Virus record (IMG/VR): IMGVR_UViG_3300017909_004931
Location: 1 to 24,087 of that record
Source: a virus
Lineage: Duplodnaviria > Caudoviricetes
Reading direction: 5' to 3' (one strand)
Length of the DNA stretch: 24,087 bases
Numbering within the stretch: the first letter of the stretch is position 1; each line of letters opens with the position of its first letter. Both the position numbers and the translations under genes were made by a program. This document shows, one piece after another, positions 9,701 to 15,700 of this stretch. The notes beneath the pieces were generated by a model. That model was not told the DNA's origin. It did not search any database and worked only from the letters and a program-made list of their open reading frames with translations.

Positions 9701-12700
9701 TGACTGTCATTTGAATACAATACATTTGCAATAATATTGTTTCCATTTGTGTCAATGTCAAATCTATTTCCAAACTGAACCATGCTGTTTTGATCCAAAG
9801 TACTATCATTCTCTAATTCAACTCCAGAATCATTTGGAATGTAGCCTAAGAAATCTGTGTGCGTATTCTGTAGTTGCCAATTTGCTGTGTCAAACGCACC
9901 AGCAATCATATTAGTTGTTGCTTTGTACAATTGATTGTTATACACAACTAGTTCACCTGTTTGATAAGCCACTGTGTTTTCAAATACGCCTCTGTATTGA
10001 GGATCAATACCTAACCACCAATTTTTAGTAGCACTGTTTTCTATGAAATAAATTTTGCCTGGTAAATTTGTTGTGCCGTCACCTTCTGCACCAATGTACG
10101 CAACAGTTTCACTGCCCACTGTTCTAATTTTAATCCTAGAACCAAATCTTAATCCAGTGGCGGCGTCAGGTATGCTGTAACCACCTGCAAAACTAAATTG
10201 TCCACTAGTTTCTTTTTTGTACACAAGGAAACAACCTTGGTTAGTGAACGCACTCTGTACACCTTCGCCTATTGGAATGTTGTAAACTTGTATCCAATCT
10301 CTATTGGCACTGCTTGGTGTGTTTGCAGAAACATTAATACCGTCCAATGTTTGTTCGTCCCAAGTCCAATACTCGATATCTCTTCCAAAGTATTCTGTGA
10401 TTGTGCCTGAGAAGTTGATCGGTGCTGTGTGTTCAAACACTAATAAATTACCAATAACTCCCGGAGGCTGATTACTGTCTGTGAATGCTGTTTGCTCAAT
10501 GTTACCTAATAATCTATTTGGTGTGCCTAATACTGTGATTGTTCCGTTGAAGCCGGCATTAGAACCTTGCACAAATGGCATACCATTACCTGATAAATTT
10601 TTAATCCATAATCTGTATCTTTGCAAGCCTGTGTATTGTATTGCCGCCACTGTGCCTTCTCCGCCGAAGCCTGCTGTTTGTGTGTAAGTGGTATCACATC
10701 TTACAACGTCACCAACTGTTGGCACATAGAAGTTTGCGTTATTGTCCGGTTGGGAATCAACATCAACATATCCTTCCCAAACATCATTGATTGTTTTTAA
10801 TCCGTTTGTGTCAGCATTAGAAATATTCAATCCTGGGAAAGTGTATCTATTGTTTGACACAGTGTTGAACCAAACATTGATCTGATCACCTGCCTGTTTG
10901 CCCATTGCATGATAACTTGTTTGAGCATCTGTTCTTATAAAATACTTGTTGCTTAACACATTGACTGGCGAACTGTTTGCCTGCCAACTGTTTGTGCTTT
11001 GATCCACATAGTAACTTTGTGAATAAGACAGCATACCGAACTCAGCATTATAAACTGGACCTTGCGGACTGATAGGCATCCATGGCATCTCTATTGAGTT
11101 ATTGAAATGGCTGATCGTTCTTGTGATACCTTGTCTCACAATGTCATATATCACCAAGTGGTTTGATGTGTCTGCACCTAAATCTGTTGAAACTGCTGTG
11201 GGGAAGTCAACTCTCCACCAGCCGCCTAGGTGATTGTAATCTTCTGTGATCACTCTGTCATAGGCACCTATTTCCAAATTGCCAAAGTTGATCGAGTCTG
11301 AAGTAGAAAATACACCTTGCACATCTTTCAAATAGATAAGAGTTTTTGTTCCAACTTTGTTTACATAAACCACTGTTCCTTGTGCTGTATCTGTTGTAAG
11401 CACATTACCAACCACAGGATCAGTCAATGTTATATCAACTTTAAGAATTTCATCAATTTTTTCAACAATAGGTATTGCTTGTCCTGTGAATATTTCATTG
11501 CTTATTGTTGATACATTAATATTTTCTCCAAACGGTCCTTTTGGATCCTTTTGATAATTGTTTCTGTCTTGGTTATAATCTGATGTGAAACCTAAATAAT
11601 CTAGATATAACTTGTCACCAATTTTTGTGCCGTTGTATTGATCAGCACTTGCTCTGATCAAAAGGTGATTTGTTGTTGTGCCTGTGTGTACATAATCACC
11701 TATTAACATATTAGTGATTGCTGAGCCTGTTGCTTCGTTGTATAAACCTGCGGCATCAAAAGTTGTAAAATCTACTGAAGGATCTGCACCAATAATTTGA
11801 TTAGTTGCTCTCCATAATTGTTTTTTGTATTGAACAATATTTCCTGTTGCATAATTTTGTGTGTCAACAAATTGTCCTTTGTATTCTGTTTTTAGATTGC
11901 TGGCATCTGGAGCACCAACTAAAATGTAATCACCTTCTGGTGAAATTTCAATTGCTTGTCCAAATTTACTGTTTGAACCAAATAAATCTGTCTGCTGATA
12001 GATAGGATCGATAGTTGGTGATTGAATTACTTGTATCAGTCTTAGTGTAGCACTTTCCGTTCCTCTACTGAACACATAAATTTGTCCATCATTTTCATCT
12101 GGTTGTCCTACTAGTAGTATTGTGTTATTTTTGTTTGCTGATAATACTTGTCCAAAACTTACATCACCTGAATCTGTTGTTGAACTCACTGTGTCATGCT
12201 GTTTGAAAACAAATTTATTGTTTACAATTTTCCATTTACCATCATTACTTTGATCTACCCAGAATTTTTCATCATCTTTTAATCCTTGATCAACAATTCT
12301 TTGATTTATTTCTGCAATGTCAGACACACGACTTGTAACAAGTCTTCTTACAAATCCTACTGCTGTTGTGATAGATTGGAATCCTGTTTTGGGTTCGCAC
12401 ACAATTTGATTTAAAGATACTGAACTACATTTTAACACATAATCAGAACCATTTGCATTCACAACAAAAATTTCTCCAACTGCCATTTCAGCATTGTTTA
12501 AAGTGGTCACTGTGATTCCATTAGGACCTGCAACAACACTTGTGATTGTTTGATTAGTGTTTGAATATCTAAACACATTCCATGAATTGTTGTAGTTTCC
12601 TACCCAAACATATTGTCCGTCTTTTAATGTTGTTAAAGTTGTGCTTGTCAATAAATCATCATAACTGCCAACTGTAACAGATATGTCAATTGGATTTACT

Positions 12701-15700
12701 GGTCCTGCAGTTTTGATGTATGTGTTTTTGTCATATTTTATAGGAAACGGATTGTGTGTGTAATTTTCAGGTTTTAGATACACCTCACCTGATTGTATTC
12801 TGTACACTAGATCTGTTTCTGCTCCTGTGCCTGAATCTGTTAATTCGACTGGTTGAGGATTCAATCTTAATTTGGATTCATCCAGTACATATTCTATTTC
12901 ATCGAAAGTATCCGAAGCACCATATTGTCCTTTACGTATGCCCCACTCTTCATAGAAATCAACACTTTCTTTGTCCGCACTTGCTAAAGCGTCAAACAAT
13001 TTGCTTAATGCATTTGATGTTCCTTTTTCTCTAATGTAACCTTGATAAAATTTGTATTGAGCAACATCATCATTTATGATATTTCTTAAGTACTCTCTTG
13101 GTTGATAACCAATCAAGTGTTGTGCCATTCTTTGTTGGTCACTATCAAAGTTGTCTGTATCTAAATCGTAAAAGTCAGCAAACTGGTTTGCTTTGTAATC
13201 AAAGTTTGCATACAGAGAAGGTTGTGGGCGGTTGTCTAATCTACGCCAGTCTTCTTCATTAAATTTTTCTACTGCTTTTAATTTACTATTTGCTGTGTAA
13301 TAAAATTGTTTGTGTTTGACCACATCACTCATAGCATATTTTGTAAATGGTGCCCATTCTTGTATTTTCGCTTCATCAAATATAAAGCCTGGAGATACTC
13401 CACTGCCGTCCCACTCAGTCAAGTATCCTAATACTTTGATTCTATCTTGTTTGTAACCACTTGCAGGATCAAAAATTAAGTCATTGAAAGTTGTTGTGTT
13501 ATCTATGACACAAACGTTTTCTTTTTGCACAACAGGAATCTTGCAGAAATATATTCCGTTTATAGTGCCTTTTAGCAGTAATTCAAATACATTTCTATCC
13601 CTTGTAACACGCACAAAGTTTTTGTCTAAATTGTTTCCGTCTTCTTTTAACACGCCGTAAGAATAAAAATTATCCAACACATTATCAGTGGTTGCATTTG
13701 GAGTTTCTAAAACTAATCTCTCTGCAGATGGACTCAAACTAATCACACTGCCGGCGTCCCAATTTTGTGTAGTCCAGTATAAAAATTCACGCACTGACAA
13801 TTGCCAGTTAGAAACTTTTTCTAAACTCTTTTCAAAATCATTAAATTTAAAACCTTTAGATTTCAGATATTCTCCATATCCTAAAATTACATCAACCACT
13901 TCTTGAACAGTTTCGTAGGTTGTGCCATATGCAACTGTTGAAACATCTGTGCTGAATTGTTTTCTTAGTTGTGCAACTGCTCCTCCTTCGATAGGCAATT
14001 CAACAAGTTTTACAAATTTTGATAAGTCGAAAGTGCTTTCTGAAACGTGTTGCGTTTCTACTGCATAAAATTCATTGGCATATTTTACATATTGTCCAAC
14101 ATCATATCTTTTGTTTTCTGCCCAATTCACATAAGACGCACTCACTCCTCCAACATTAATTGTTGGATCTGCAGTGATTGGAATTGGAGCGTAATATTTT
14201 ATCACAGGATTATTTTTATCATAACCTTTTACAAGGTATCCTGATGTAGACTTTTCTATTATTAAAGCACTGTAAGTGATAAGTTCAACAGCAGAACTTG
14301 TATTGTAAATTAATTTGTAATTTTCTTCAGGTACAAAAATGTTGGCAGTGTTTGTAGGAGACTTGCTGTCTAACACTAATTTGAATTTGTCCTTGTTACT
14401 GTATCCTCTGATTTTGAATCCTATTTGTGCTTTAATATTTTTAATTTTTGCTTTGTAATCTGAGTAACTGTTTATTAAATTTACTTCAACAAAATCATAT
14501 ATGTAGTTTACAAGTCCCGCAGTTAAGACTGTTGTTTTTTCTGATACAGCACTTGGAAACACCAAAGCGGAAGGTTGTAATCTTAGACCAGTTGAATAAA
14601 CAATTTGTCCTGCATCATTTCTTTTTACTCTGCTTGTATCCCAACCTATACCAATTACTTTTGCTGGTTGGTGCAGTAAAAATGCTTTTAATATTGCAAA
14701 AGGATAATCTGAACTTCTTCTCCAAGCAGTTTCTACTGGACTGTGATCTCCAAATGCATACTTGGATTTGGTTAAATTTAAAACAACCTCTCTTGCATAT
14801 CCACTTTCAAAAGGACTTCTTATTGTGCCTGTGCTTGTAACAGGAATATAAGAAGTTAAGTTAGGTCTTTTGTATTTGTCTAGTACAAAAATCTTTTTGT
14901 TAGGTTCTCTAACAATGCCTGCTTCCATGTCTTTCCATAACACAAGATTTTCTTTTGTGTACGGAGCAGGACCGTAAGTGGTTTCCCACCATGTTGGTTT
15001 TTCTGTGAAACCTATTATTTCCCATGGAGTGATATTTGGTCTGTCTGTGCCAAGTAAATTTTTGTATATGCCTCTCCAGTGTCCTAATAATTTTTCACCT
15101 GTTGGTGACACAGCATTAGAATAATTCCAAGTTAAACTGTTTGAATCTTGTTGATACGTGTTTGCTGTATAATCTTCATTACCAATAAATGTTGCCCATT
15201 CATTATAATTTTGTAACAATACAATGTTTATTGAATCATGATTAAACAAGTTTGTTCTGCCTGCTTTAGGAACAAAAGCATTGTAGTCTAACAAATCACT
15301 GTTGTAAGTTGTCTTAATATTATTGTAAATTCTTTTTTCTAATTCTAGTATTAAATCATCTCTGTAATCACCGTATGCTTTTGTAATACTACCGTCGTGT
15401 CCTTGTATAACATCTACAGGAGTGACTAAAGTTGTATCGCTGTATTTTTGTGGAATATATTTTGGATATAAACCTAATTTTGTTGGCGTTGCTGGAATGT
15501 GAGATCCATTTGATGTGTCAAACTCTCTGATAACAATTTCATCATCAAGTGTAAGTGTTTTGGTTACATTCACAAATCCATTTGTAAAAACATAATCTTG
15601 TCCGTGTAAAAGTTGTTCACCATTGTGGTACACGTTTACTGCTTGAATTGATAAACTGTTTAAATCAAAGTTTGTTGATATTGCATAGAATTGACTGTTT

